Below, piece by piece: positions 19,799-28,844 of a DNA stretch of 58,856 nt. The position numbers and the translations under genes were made by a program. Origin of the DNA: a virus (Duplodnaviria; Caudoviricetes). The stretch is taken from the IMG/VR virus record IMGVR_UViG_3300030105_003283, positions 1 through 58,856 of that record; one strand, given 5' to 3'. Below the pieces are notes generated by a model. It was given only the letters and a program-made list of their open reading frames with translations, had not been told where the DNA came from and did not search any database. How positions within the stretch are numbered: the stretch's first letter is position 1; every line of letters starts with the position of its first letter.

Positions 19799-20815
19799 TT
19801 ATTCCTTATATTTTTCTATGGTTGAATAAAACAAATTATTCCAGTTTTCAGTAAACTGTGTTATGTTATATTTTTCACGTATGGTCTCTTGAGCCTTTTG
19901 TCCCAAGCTGTGCGCCATGTCAGGATCTTCCAGCAGCATTTTCAACATTGATCTTAGGGTCTCGGGATCATTGGACATTAGTCCGTTTTTTCCGTGTTCG
20001 ATTATTTCTGGAATCATACACGTCTCTGTTGAAACTATGGCACAGCCACACGCCATAGCTTCCATCAGCACTGTGGGAACTGGTGAGTGTAGGGACGTGT
20101 TGTAGAATATTCTGGAAGAGTGATATATCTCTCTCAGGTGCTCGATAGACGACGCAGGTTCTGACAATCCGGGGCTTTTTCCAAACACGCGAACGGGTAG
20201 TTCTTGGGTGGTTCCCTTCCACAATTCCCATCCACAACACCAATCTCTATTTGGCCAGTCATTGACCACAGATAAACAGGCGTTGTCTCTCTCCACTTCT
20301 TCGGGCTCCATCCAAAAGTTGCAGTCTATTCCGTGTTCGATATATTCAGCGTTTGACTCATTACAACCCCATGCGTCCCTGTTGAATTCGGATATAAATG
20401 ACCTCTGATCTACCCAAGACGACACCTCCTGAAGCTGCTGTATCTGCAAGGATGTATCTGTTCGTATGTCTGGCAATACGTGATTATGTAGTATAACGGG
20501 CACATTCAGGTCTTGCTTTATTCTCTGAGAAATTGCAAGCCTTTCGCACGGAGTGTGACACAGAACCAAGTCTATGTCAACGTAGGGCGGCGGAACACTA
20601 TCTATCTCAGAATAGTTTTCTGGGATTTCCCCATAGTCCTTATCCCATTTTTTACCATGACTTATTGCATAAAAATTATGTCCAGTTTTACATAGTTGCT
20701 GTTCATATCTTTCATGGGTGCAAAAGGTTAGTATGTTTAGCTTTTCACGAGAGTCTAAAACGTGCTGTCTTCTCATGATGGCCCTTACGGCTTCAGGTGT
20801 TGCTCTACTAGTCAT
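19799..20815 (-). CDS. GT4 glycosyltransferase
   Basis: IEHGID, PTVLMEAMACGCAIVS, EIIEHGKNG. Confidence 0.85.
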   Translation of the reverse strand: MTSRATPEAVRAIMRRQHVLDSREKLNILTFCTHERYEQQLCKTGHNFYAISHGKKWDKDYGEIPENYSEIDSVPPPYVDIDLVLCHTPCERLAISQRIKQDLNVPVILHNHVLPDIRTDTSLQIQQLQEVSSWVDQRSFISEFNRDAWGCNESNAEYIEHGIDCNFWMEPEEVERDNACLSVVNDWPNRDWCCGWELWKGTTQELPVRVFGKSPGLSEPASSIEHLREIYHSSRIFYNTSLHSPVPTVLMEAMACGCAIVSTETCMIPEIIEHGKNGLMSNDPETLRSMLKMLLEDPDMAHSLGQKAQETIREKYNITQFTENWNNLFYSTIEKYKE

Positions 20816-21890
20816 TCAACAGCTCCTTTAGTTGTTTGCCAACGTTGGCATGGTCGTACCCAGAGGCGTGAACTTTAACCTTCTCACTATCTTCCTGCGA
20901 CTCTTGCGAATTCCACTTTTGATAAGCTTCCCGCATAGCCGAGCATAGTTTTTTGATGTTAATTTCTTGCCATTCACTTCTGGCCGTATCGAGATTCGAT
21001 ATTGTTGAAACAGCGCCCAAGCACGGAACGGAGGAGGATTCGACCGCGGCCCCAATGCAGAAGTCGTCCATTCCCGTGTTGGCGGTGTGGATAACAGGAA
21101 TTCCTAGAGACATTGCCTCTAGGGCCGGAATACAGAACGCCTCTCCCCTGCTAGGCATCACAAAAGAGTGGCACTGACCCAGAACCGATACATAGTCTTT
21201 CTCTTCCAGTCTTCCAGCTATTATGATCTCTTCTCTATATCTACTACGTATCTTTAGGCCAGACTTAACATGTTTTATATAGTCTTGAATTTGCGGCAGC
21301 TCTACCTTTGAGGTTTTTATGAGTAGGTTTACAGGTTCCTGAAAATCAAACTCTAGATGAAAAGCTCGTATGAGAGCCTGTAGATTCTTCCTCTCTATAA
21401 ACTCTCCAATAAATGCAAAATTAAAAGTTGGTAGCATTTCCTCTATTTTGTTTCCACCATTTTCTTTTTGATACTTTGAAATATCTAGTGAGTGTGGTGC
21501 CACCTTAATTGGTATCTTCACGTCGCTATTCTCACAAGAGACTTTAGCGGAGTTACTGGGAACCCACAGCTCATCCATCAGGTTTATATTGTGCTGCCAT
21601 CCGGTATCCTTAAAGTGGCTACTCTCAACAGCCAAAAACCCTATATTCTTATATCTTGAGTCATAGGAATACAGGTGTGGAAGGGTGTGTTGTATACATA
21701 CGTCGCATCCCTTAGTAGAGGCCGATTCCAATATCTTTATTTTGCCGGGATAGTTTTGTTGCTGCGATTCAAACGTTATTGCTCGTGGAACAACATCAAC
21801 TCCGGCACTGTCTAAGGCCAAGATATTATTAATACAGGCATTAGCCCATCCCGTACCATCTCTATAATTTCCTATATAGAGTACTTTCAT
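20808..21890 (-). CDS. GT4 glycosyltransferase
   Basis: ELWVPS, ERKN, FVMPSRGEAFCIPALEAMSLG. Confidence 0.85.
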   Translation of the reverse strand: MKVLYIGNYRDGTGWANACINNILALDSAGVDVVPRAITFESQQQNYPGKIKILESASTKGCDVCIQHTLPHLYSYDSRYKNIGFLAVESSHFKDTGWQHNINLMDELWVPSNSAKVSCENSDVKIPIKVAPHSLDISKYQKENGGNKIEEMLPTFNFAFIGEFIERKNLQALIRAFHLEFDFQEPVNLLIKTSKVELPQIQDYIKHVKSGLKIRSRYREEIIIAGRLEEKDYVSVLGQCHSFVMPSRGEAFCIPALEAMSLGIPVIHTANTGMDDFCIGAAVESSSVPCLGAVSTISNLDTARSEWQEINIKKLCSAMREAYQKWNSQESQEDSEKVKVHASGYDHANVGKQLKELLND

Positions 21891-22471
21891 TATATGTGCC
21901 TCATGTCAATAGTTATCATTCCGTCATTACCAAATCCATGATGTGTCTCGAATTTAATTTTCTTAGACTTTAAGTATTTTACAAGACTGACGGCTTTGCT
22001 TTTTATATCGTCGATCAAGACAACAGATTTTGTGTTTTCTATTTTCTTGAATTGATCCAGCGTTTGCTTGTCTCCTATGTCTCCGTCTGCGCCGTCTAGA
22101 TAATATATATCGTAATCCTCTGAGATGCTCTCTATAGCGTCTCCCAATTCAAGGCTGGTATTATATCCCAGTCTCTCAGCCATAAACGAAGAATTTGCTA
22201 AGTGGTCTAGGTCCACATCGGCAATAGTTAACGATCCTCCAAGCTCTTTTATGTAGGCTCCAAATATTGTGTCGCTCCATCCAGAGCCCCAGCGAAACTG
22301 AGTCTGTAGCGATTCTATTCCCCCTACCTGAAATATTTTTACAGGAGAGCCGTCAAACAGTTCCAAAACATATCGTATAACTGGATCTCTCAGTTTTACA
22401 TCAGTATTCAGTGTTATGTCTGTCTGTCCGGCCAATAAGGCTAAGGCAAAGCTAAAGTCCATATCAATCAA
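21890..22471 (-). CDS. Methyltransferase-like protein
   Basis: IFQVGG, LTIADVD, GDAIE, DIYYLDG, VLIDD. Confidence 0.6.
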   Translation of the reverse strand: MIDMDFSFALALLAGQTDITLNTDVKLRDPVIRYVLELFDGSPVKIFQVGGIESLQTQFRWGSGWSDTIFGAYIKELGGSLTIADVDLDHLANSSFMAERLGYNTSLELGDAIESISEDYDIYYLDGADGDIGDKQTLDQFKKIENTKSVVLIDDIKSKAVSLVKYLKSKKIKFETHHGFGNDGMITIDMRHI

Positions 22472-24108
22472 CCCCTTGGCTTAATGTTGCGTCTTACGTT
22501 TTCCCAGCTGTTTATTTGGTTTCTAAAGTTAACCATCTCATTGCAGGCCTCGTCAAAAGAAAACTGCTTGTTTCCCTGCATTGACTGCTTGTGAGATTCA
22601 TTAAAATAAAAATCCTTATCTACGTTTTCACACCTGTATCCAAAAGTGCAGTCCTTTAAAACCTTTTTCCACAAATAGCTTCCAACCCACTCCGGCTTGT
22701 GTAGTATGTTGGTAAATATAAAGTTTACCTTTTCGATACTCGACTGTAGGTGGGATGGTATGCTTTTGGCTGGCTCAAATATTCTCGGTGGAGACAGCCA
22801 TGTTTCACGAGGGTCTTTAGGCTGCACAGTGCTTAGGTGTTGAGCCCAAACATCTGCGGCCTTATCCCAGCTATAATGATCTATGGCTCTCTTGCGAACG
22901 TCTGCACCAATTTGTGGTATTTTGTCTTTTTTTGAATGAAGGTCTATCAACTTAGAAACAAAGTTGTCGTTGTCTGGAATAGCTCTGTTGCATCCGGTTT
23001 CACATTCCAAGTAATAGGACAGAGGCTCTAGTGGCACGCCGCCAATGTTGTCGATAACAGATTCCATAGCGGAGTAGTAAGTAGACATGACCGGAACTCC
23101 GCAATGGGCCGCTTCTAGCTGAGGCATTCCGAAACCTTCACTATTGGCATATTGTACATATATGTCAAACATGTTGTATATTTTAGATAGGTCTTGCTCG
23201 CTAATGCTATTGCTAATGCCAACCAAGATGCTTGAGAAATTTCCACAATGAGAACATGACTGCATCGTGTCTTGAAAGAAGTTTACAGATATATCTTGAC
23301 AACTTTTACACTTATATGTGAATAGCGCCCTGCTTGATAAGCCATAACGATCTAGAAGTCTAGGTATGTCCCAACCAACGTCTGGGTAGTATGTGTGGCA
23401 ATAAAGAAAGCTATTACTGTCTTCGGTGGAGTCTAGGAACTTTCTGAAAGACTTAAACAGGTCTGGGTATAGTTTTCTTTTCTGGTTACGCATAACGGTG
23501 CCAACAATAAAGGCGTCTGGAGAGACGCCCATGTCCATTTTATGTTTGCGTTTGTCATCCACCGGGGAAAACGATTGGCTTGCAGCCGGTGAGGCTATGC
23601 CAACAAAGTTGATGTCGTCGCATTGTTCTAGTAGGGTTTTTTTACCAAACTCAGAATATGCCAATACCGCATCTGCTGAGGCGTAAGTGTTTATCCACTG
23701 AACGTCTTGTGGTTTTGCATCCACCGTTGGCATTATTGCCCAGTGAAAGAAATCACGAAACGGCGATCTTTGCTCAAACTCAATCATCCACCAGTCACGT
23801 ATATCCATTACAACATCCGGCTGAAAATCCAGTAGGACATTGTTAAACGAGTGGTCTCCAAACTGAGCGCTCGCATTGCCGCTGTAAGCCCCGAACAGAC
23901 TATCTTCTGGGAGTGGCTTGTTTGGGTAAACCTTCCACGGGACAGACTTTATCATTGGATTATTAGCGTCAGCGTAACAGGCTAGCTCCGCCACCTCTAG
24001 GTCATCTATTTGATTTAGTCTCGTGAGAACCTCTTTGGTGTATACCGAATATCCAGTAGGTAACCAAGAAGCTTCTGAGCAAAAAAGAACTCTCTTCTTT
24101 CTGTTCAT
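22468..24108 (-). CDS. GT4 glycosyltransferase with inserted Zn-ribbon
   Basis: PTGYS, VMRNQKRK, CKSC..CSHC insert, SEGFGMPQLEAAHCG. Confidence 0.85.
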   Translation of the reverse strand: MNRKKRVLFCSEASWLPTGYSVYTKEVLTRLNQIDDLEVAELACYADANNPMIKSVPWKVYPNKPLPEDSLFGAYSGNASAQFGDHSFNNVLLDFQPDVVMDIRDWWMIEFEQRSPFRDFFHWAIMPTVDAKPQDVQWINTYASADAVLAYSEFGKKTLLEQCDDINFVGIASPAASQSFSPVDDKRKHKMDMGVSPDAFIVGTVMRNQKRKLYPDLFKSFRKFLDSTEDSNSFLYCHTYYPDVGWDIPRLLDRYGLSSRALFTYKCKSCQDISVNFFQDTMQSCSHCGNFSSILVGISNSISEQDLSKIYNMFDIYVQYANSEGFGMPQLEAAHCGVPVMSTYYSAMESVIDNIGGVPLEPLSYYLECETGCNRAIPDNDNFVSKLIDLHSKKDKIPQIGADVRKRAIDHYSWDKAADVWAQHLSTVQPKDPRETWLSPPRIFEPAKSIPSHLQSSIEKVNFIFTNILHKPEWVGSYLWKKVLKDCTFGYRCENVDKDFYFNESHKQSMQGNKQFSFDEACNEMVNFRNQINSWENVRRNIKPRG

Positions 24109-24111
24109 GTT

Positions 24112-24426
24112 TTACTTAGAGCCTTTGTTGGGGAGGATTTTAAAATTGGTAACCCTAAATATCACAGCTTCTGGATCTTTGGATGGTTGGTTTCTAGCTA
24201 TAGCCTCAACCGCCATGATGTCATCCTTGTACGCATACTTTTCAATTGTTTTGGCTGCGCTATCCCAAGCCTCAAATTTCAAAAGATCGGTTCTTCGTTT
24301 TTTAACGCCTCCCTTATCTCTTCTGTATTCCTCTACCTCTAGTGTAAAACCTACGGAAACACTGCTGTGAGATTCCCACAGGGTGGGGTCGTCCGTTAAC
24401 TTTCCCAAAAAATGAGATCTATTCAT
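24112..24426 (-). CDS. Short SSB/PriB-like OB-fold protein lacking acidic tail
   Basis: MNRSHFLGKLTDDP..FTLEVE..TDLLKFEAW..A..I..Y..KDD. Confidence 0.7.
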   Translation of the reverse strand: MNRSHFLGKLTDDPTLWESHSSVSVGFTLEVEEYRRDKGGVKKRRTDLLKFEAWDSAAKTIEKYAYKDDIMAVEAIARNQPSKDPEAVIFRVTNFKILPNKGSK

Positions 24427-24436
24427 ACGTCACCTT

Positions 24437-25990
24437 TCAAAGCTGAGAAACCTTGTCCACAATAAGGGAAGTGTTTTCTCTTTTAGATATTTCACCGGTC
24501 ATCAAGACGGTGTTTCCTTCAACAAGCACATCCTTATGCTTGCTATAACATTCTGGAAAAACGGTTATAGAATCCAGTTCGCCACTACCGTCCTCCGCAG
24601 TAACGAACGCCATTAACTGGCCCGGATTCTTACCCTTTTTGGTTTTATACAGCCTGATTGTACTAATTTGCGCGGCAAGTCTTGTCTTACCTGTTATAGT
24701 ACCTTTAGCTATCTCCCTGCACAAAGAACTTGCAAAATTTATGTTAAAGGCGTCGGTCTTGCTGCAACTTAGTGAAAAACTTAAATATTCTGTTTCACTT
24801 TGCGCTAAAAATGGTATGTTATCTTTTAGGTCGTGAGGAGGATTGTCTAGTATCTTCTTAATGTCTAGAACTGTTGTTATTCTTCTACTGTTTATTTTTG
24901 TGGTATTTATCATTTGAGATATGCTCTCAGAAAGAGTCTGACCCTTATCAAAACTGTCTGATAAATCCACTATCCCCTGTTGTTCCCTAGACGTTAAGTC
25001 TCTCCAGCTATCGTACTCATATAGCATCTTCTGTCTATCTCTTTTGTTATTTTCTCCATTAAAAGCCCCAACGGATATGAGGGCCGTTACAGACCTTTTG
25101 TTGAGTCTTCCTCTGTGTATAACTTTCGTCAACACGTCCATCCACGAGTAGCCAGATATGTCGTTTTTATCGCATATTTCCTCTATCTTTTTACACTCGT
25201 TTCTACCAACGTGTTTAATGTGATTTAGTCCGAAGTAGATACAGTTTTCTTTTGAAATAAAACTTGTGTGAAGATGGTTTAGTCGCGGAGGATAGACTTC
25301 AATATCTGAAAACTTAGCGTCAACAATCAGCTCTTTCAATTCCCTCTGGGAATCTGGTTTCCTCTCTGAATGATTCAAATACGACACATAGAAAGATATG
25401 GGTCTGTAGAGCTTACAGTACGCGCTCCAATATGCATTAATTGCATACGAGACAGCATGAGATTTGTTAAAAGCGTACCTGTTGGACTTTTCAATCCAAG
25501 AGAAAATTTCTTCAGCGACCTCAGTGCTTACAATAGCCCGTTCTTTAGCTCCCTCTAGGAAGTTCTTCTTGACCTCTTCCATAAGTCCAGCCTTCTTTTT
25601 ACCAATGGCCTTACGTAGGGCGTCAGCCTCCTTCAGGTCGAAACCAGCGAGCCTCTGGGCTATTTTCATGGACTGTTCTTGGTATACAAGAACTCCATAA
25701 GTCTCCGAGAGAGATTCCTTTAAGGCTTCGTCAGGATAAGTCACAGGTTCCTTGTTAGACTTTCTGTCCACATAAACCTGTGTCATGCTTTTTCCATTAG
25801 CATCCTTGGCCTTGAGACAGCCCGGTCGAATCAAACTGATTAGAGCGGCCAACTCTTTGATGCTTCTAGGCCTAACCTGCTTAGACCAGTGTCTACCCAA
25901 GCTTGACTCTAGCTGGAAAACGCCCTTGGTACGTCCGTCGCAAATCAAATCCCAAACATCTTCATCTTCAAAATTATTAATATCAAACAT
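24437..25990 (-). CDS. dnaE: DNA polymerase III alpha, C-terminal half (fingers, HhH, OB)
   Basis: GVFQLES, RPG, TYGVLVYQEQ, LRKAIGKKK, YAFNKSHAVSY, FGLNHIKHVG, MAFVTAED. Confidence 0.92.
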   Translation of the reverse strand: MFDINNFEDEDVWDLICDGRTKGVFQLESSLGRHWSKQVRPRSIKELAALISLIRPGCLKAKDANGKSMTQVYVDRKSNKEPVTYPDEALKESLSETYGVLVYQEQSMKIAQRLAGFDLKEADALRKAIGKKKAGLMEEVKKNFLEGAKERAIVSTEVAEEIFSWIEKSNRYAFNKSHAVSYAINAYWSAYCKLYRPISFYVSYLNHSERKPDSQRELKELIVDAKFSDIEVYPPRLNHLHTSFISKENCIYFGLNHIKHVGRNECKKIEEICDKNDISGYSWMDVLTKVIHRGRLNKRSVTALISVGAFNGENNKRDRQKMLYEYDSWRDLTSREQQGIVDLSDSFDKGQTLSESISQMINTTKINSRRITTVLDIKKILDNPPHDLKDNIPFLAQSETEYLSFSLSCSKTDAFNINFASSLCREIAKGTITGKTRLAAQISTIRLYKTKKGKNPGQLMAFVTAEDGSGELDSITVFPECYSKHKDVLVEGNTVLMTGEISKRENTSLIVDKVSQL

Positions 25991-26345
25991 TATCTTTCCT
26001 CAAATAATCAATTGCTCTCTGTAGCCCGCTAATGTTGTCTCCTAGCTTACCTATTCCTTGATTGCAGTTTCTGCACAACCAGCCCCGAAACTCTCCCGTT
26101 TCGTGATCGTGGTCTAGAACAAAATGGTCTGTTATCTTATAACAACACTGGCAATGCTCAGGTTTTGGTGGAGCGTCTTTTCTTGCTTGGGCTAGCTGCC
26201 TAGAGGCTAGCTTTTCACAAGTCTTACATTCCGATCTTACATATTCGCCACTGGAGGTGTTTTTGTAGAGTCTGCAAACTCGAAAGCTAGATATATGTTT
26301 TTCTCGTTTACACTTAGCGCAAATTTTATACGTACACGTTTCCAT
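25983..26345 (-). CDS. Endonuclease VII-type HNH (putative homing) endonuclease
   Basis: CAKC..CKTC Zn finger then CQCC..LDHDHETGEFRGWLCRNCNQGIG. Confidence 0.85.
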   Translation of the reverse strand: METCTYKICAKCKREKHISSFRVCRLYKNTSSGEYVRSECKTCEKLASRQLAQARKDAPPKPEHCQCCYKITDHFVLDHDHETGEFRGWLCRNCNQGIGKLGDNISGLQRAIDYLRKDNV

Positions 26346-27021
26346 CTGCAAATGCCTTTTCAAATTTTACTTTTTTCAATAAGCTTCTCTGTAACTTTAG
26401 GAACTTAATCATAAGATTTGCAGTATCCTTAACGTCTTGCAGTGCGTCGTGAGCATTGTCCTTGCTAGACTGATCCATTCCAAAGTAGTCACGCATGTAA
26501 TCCATACTATAGCCCTTGACGTCCTGATTGTTCTCAAACCAACAATATATATGTTGCATGACATCAATTGTAAAAATGGGATTAAAGATTTTTTGCCGAC
26601 CTTTTTTTTCATCAATGGGTCCGTACTGTTGACACATTCGCTCAACGATTGGCATATCAAATCCGTTGATATTGTAACCGGCCGCAATTGGTGCGTAATA
26701 GGAAGTATGCTTCCAGTTGTATTTATCACAAAACCCTGCAAACTTTTTCCACACTGTTTTAGGAAGGGGAGCCTTGGCAAGCTCTTTTCTAGTCTTTCTT
26801 GTTATCTCTAACGCCTTCTCCTCTAGCGGTCCAACGCCAGCCGCGATAGCTTTGTCGTCATCAATGATTGGTCTAATTTCACTATTGAACATCCCGCCGG
26901 GCTGAATCTCAAGCTTTCTTGCGTGAATAGCCACTGCTGCTATTTGGGTTGGTTGACATGTGTATGGATTCGCTCCACCAGTTTCAAAGTCAAATACAAT
27001 AATATCTCTAAAGTTTGCCAT
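26326..27021 (-). CDS. DEDDh 3'-5' exonuclease (DnaQ/epsilon-like)
   Basis: ExoI VFDFETGG, ExoII GYNINGFD, ExoIII HDALQD. Confidence 0.88.
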   Translation of the reverse strand: MANFRDIIVFDFETGGANPYTCQPTQIAAVAIHARKLEIQPGGMFNSEIRPIIDDDKAIAAGVGPLEEKALEITRKTRKELAKAPLPKTVWKKFAGFCDKYNWKHTSYYAPIAAGYNINGFDMPIVERMCQQYGPIDEKKGRQKIFNPIFTIDVMQHIYCWFENNQDVKGYSMDYMRDYFGMDQSSKDNAHDALQDVKDTANLMIKFLKLQRSLLKKVKFEKAFADGNVYV

Positions 27022-27022
27022 T

Positions 27023-27262
27023 TCAATAACCTCTATTTCTAAGTTCCAAAAATTTATTTACCGCGTCATCTATGTTATGGTACGTCTCGTAAATCCTATG
27101 TTTATCAGACCAGACCTGATATCTGGCAGCCCGAACAACAGCCCCACTTGTGTAGTTATTCAGGTTGCATATAGATATACCATTTGATTCTATTGAGCAC
27201 CCAGAAAAGATTACAGACTTGTAGTCTTCTTTTGTTTCCGATGTTTTATTATTCATATGCAA
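27023..27262 (-). CDS. Hypothetical protein
   Basis: 79-aa coupled ORF between dnaE-N and the exonuclease. Confidence 0.55.
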   Translation of the reverse strand: MHMNNKTSETKEDYKSVIFSGCSIESNGISICNLNNYTSGAVVRAARYQVWSDKHRIYETYHNIDDAVNKFLELRNRGY

Positions 27263-28844
27263 TGTCCATTATTTTACTAAGTAAGTCGATACCAAGAACA
27301 TCAAACTTTACATGTCCCTGAGTTTCAAGAGCCGTCATCTCGAAGGCTACAATAGGGTCTCCGGTCTTGTCTATTGTCATTGGACAGGTATCAGCGAGTA
27401 TGTGTTTAGAAATAATAACCCCCGCAGGATGCTTACCCTGTGATTTGTTCGTGCCTTCTATTTTGATAGCCTGCTCAAACATATGGGCAAGAGATCCTAC
27501 AAGGTTTCCATCTTCGTCTATTGAGCACCAGTTCTTGAGTTCGTCGGGCTCATTTTCCAATGTCCACCTAATAATTGATTTGTCTTCCATGAGCTCAAGC
27601 TGGTCGGAAATAACCGCTTCATCGGGTATGCCTTCTGTTATTGCGTTCATCTCCATAAACGAGACGGCATCATTGATTCTTAACACCTCTTTTAACGCAG
27701 CTCTGCCCTGAAGTCTACCAAACGTTATCATCTGTCCAACCTTATTTGACCCATATTTTTCTTTAATATAGTCAATTACTTCGTCTCTATGTTCGGATGG
27801 AATGTCCATGTCTATATCTGGTAGGGACGTATAGTCTTCTGTGTTTCTTCCCTCGTTATAAAACCGTTCAAAAATTAGGTCATATTCTATGGGATCTACC
27901 TCAGTGACACCAATAAGATACGACACTAAACATCCAGCAGCAGAGCCTCTCCCCGGCCCAGCCAGCCATCCCCTTTCCTTAACACTATTGATGATGTCTT
28001 GAACAATCAGAAAATACCCAGAAAGACTCGCCTTAAATATAACATCAAGCTCCTTTTTAATCCTGTCAAGATATTCTTGCTTCTTATCCGGGTCGGCAAT
28101 CTTGCCCTGTGGAATAAGCCTGCTTTTCCAGCCCTCTCGGCAAAGATTTGTTAGGTGTTCGTCCTCATCAACTCCTTCTGGACATTGAAATTTTGGGAGC
28201 ATGGGTTTGGCTGCTATCTCATAACTCTCGCACATGTCGCAGATTTTGTTTAAGAGTTGGATTTCCTCGTCTGAATCTTTAACCTCATCGGGTTCCGGCA
28301 GGTAGAAATCATCGCTAGTGAAGAACTCTTTGTTTTTCACCTCTTCGCCACTGTTCATTAACGACTGTATCTTGGGCAGTGTTGTCTTCATTCCGGAACA
28401 CAGAAGAACCCTGTGGGCCTCCGCCTCGTCTTTTGTAACGTAGTAGACGCCACGATCTTTGTAGCCGTAAGAGAAATAATTTTTACCAAATGTTTTCTTG
28501 TATCCGGCCTGATGTTCATTCGTTATACATATCAGATTTCCTCTTTTGGCAAGATCCTGAAACAACGCAAGGCCACCATGCGACACTATTTTAATCAGGT
28601 CAAACCAGCCGTCCTTATTCTTTGCTATAAGGAGGTGTGTCCCAAAATCACAACCCAAGATAGGCTTGACGCCATGCTTGTGACAGGACTCGTGAAAATT
28701 TACAGCTCCAGACAGGCACTCCATGTCAGTAATCACACAGGCGCGATATCCGTACTCCTTACACTTCGCAGCAAGTTTATCACACTTTGAAAACGCTTTT
28801 AACAGACTAAAGTGTGTCTTGCAGTTAAATGGTATCCATTTCAT
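27249..28844 (-). CDS. dnaE: DNA polymerase III alpha, N-terminal half (reduced PHP, palm/thumb)
   Basis: THFSLL, GPGRGSAAGCLVSYLIGVTEVDP, FERF, LPDIDMD, GKHPAGVII, KFDVLG. Confidence 0.92.
   Translation of the reverse strand: MKWIPFNCKTHFSLLKAFSKCDKLAAKCKEYGYRACVITDMECLSGAVNFHESCHKHGVKPILGCDFGTHLLIAKNKDGWFDLIKIVSHGGLALFQDLAKRGNLICITNEHQAGYKKTFGKNYFSYGYKDRGVYYVTKDEAEAHRVLLCSGMKTTLPKIQSLMNSGEEVKNKEFFTSDDFYLPEPDEVKDSDEEIQLLNKICDMCESYEIAAKPMLPKFQCPEGVDEDEHLTNLCREGWKSRLIPQGKIADPDKKQEYLDRIKKELDVIFKASLSGYFLIVQDIINSVKERGWLAGPGRGSAAGCLVSYLIGVTEVDPIEYDLIFERFYNEGRNTEDYTSLPDIDMDIPSEHRDEVIDYIKEKYGSNKVGQMITFGRLQGRAALKEVLRINDAVSFMEMNAITEGIPDEAVISDQLELMEDKSIIRWTLENEPDELKNWCSIDEDGNLVGSLAHMFEQAIKIEGTNKSQGKHPAGVIISKHILADTCPMTIDKTGDPIVAFEMTALETQGHVKFDVLGIDLLSKIMDIAYE

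Noticed and set aside
1-24108. Bacterial O-antigen/capsule locus
   Set aside because: No wzx/wzy/wzm/wzt or initiating phosphoglycosyl transferase, and it is continuous with phage replication genes
25991-27248. Group I intron or split intein explaining the dnaE break
   Set aside because: The gap is fully occupied by three coupled ORFs leaving no room for a ribozyme core, and neither half has intein terminal residues
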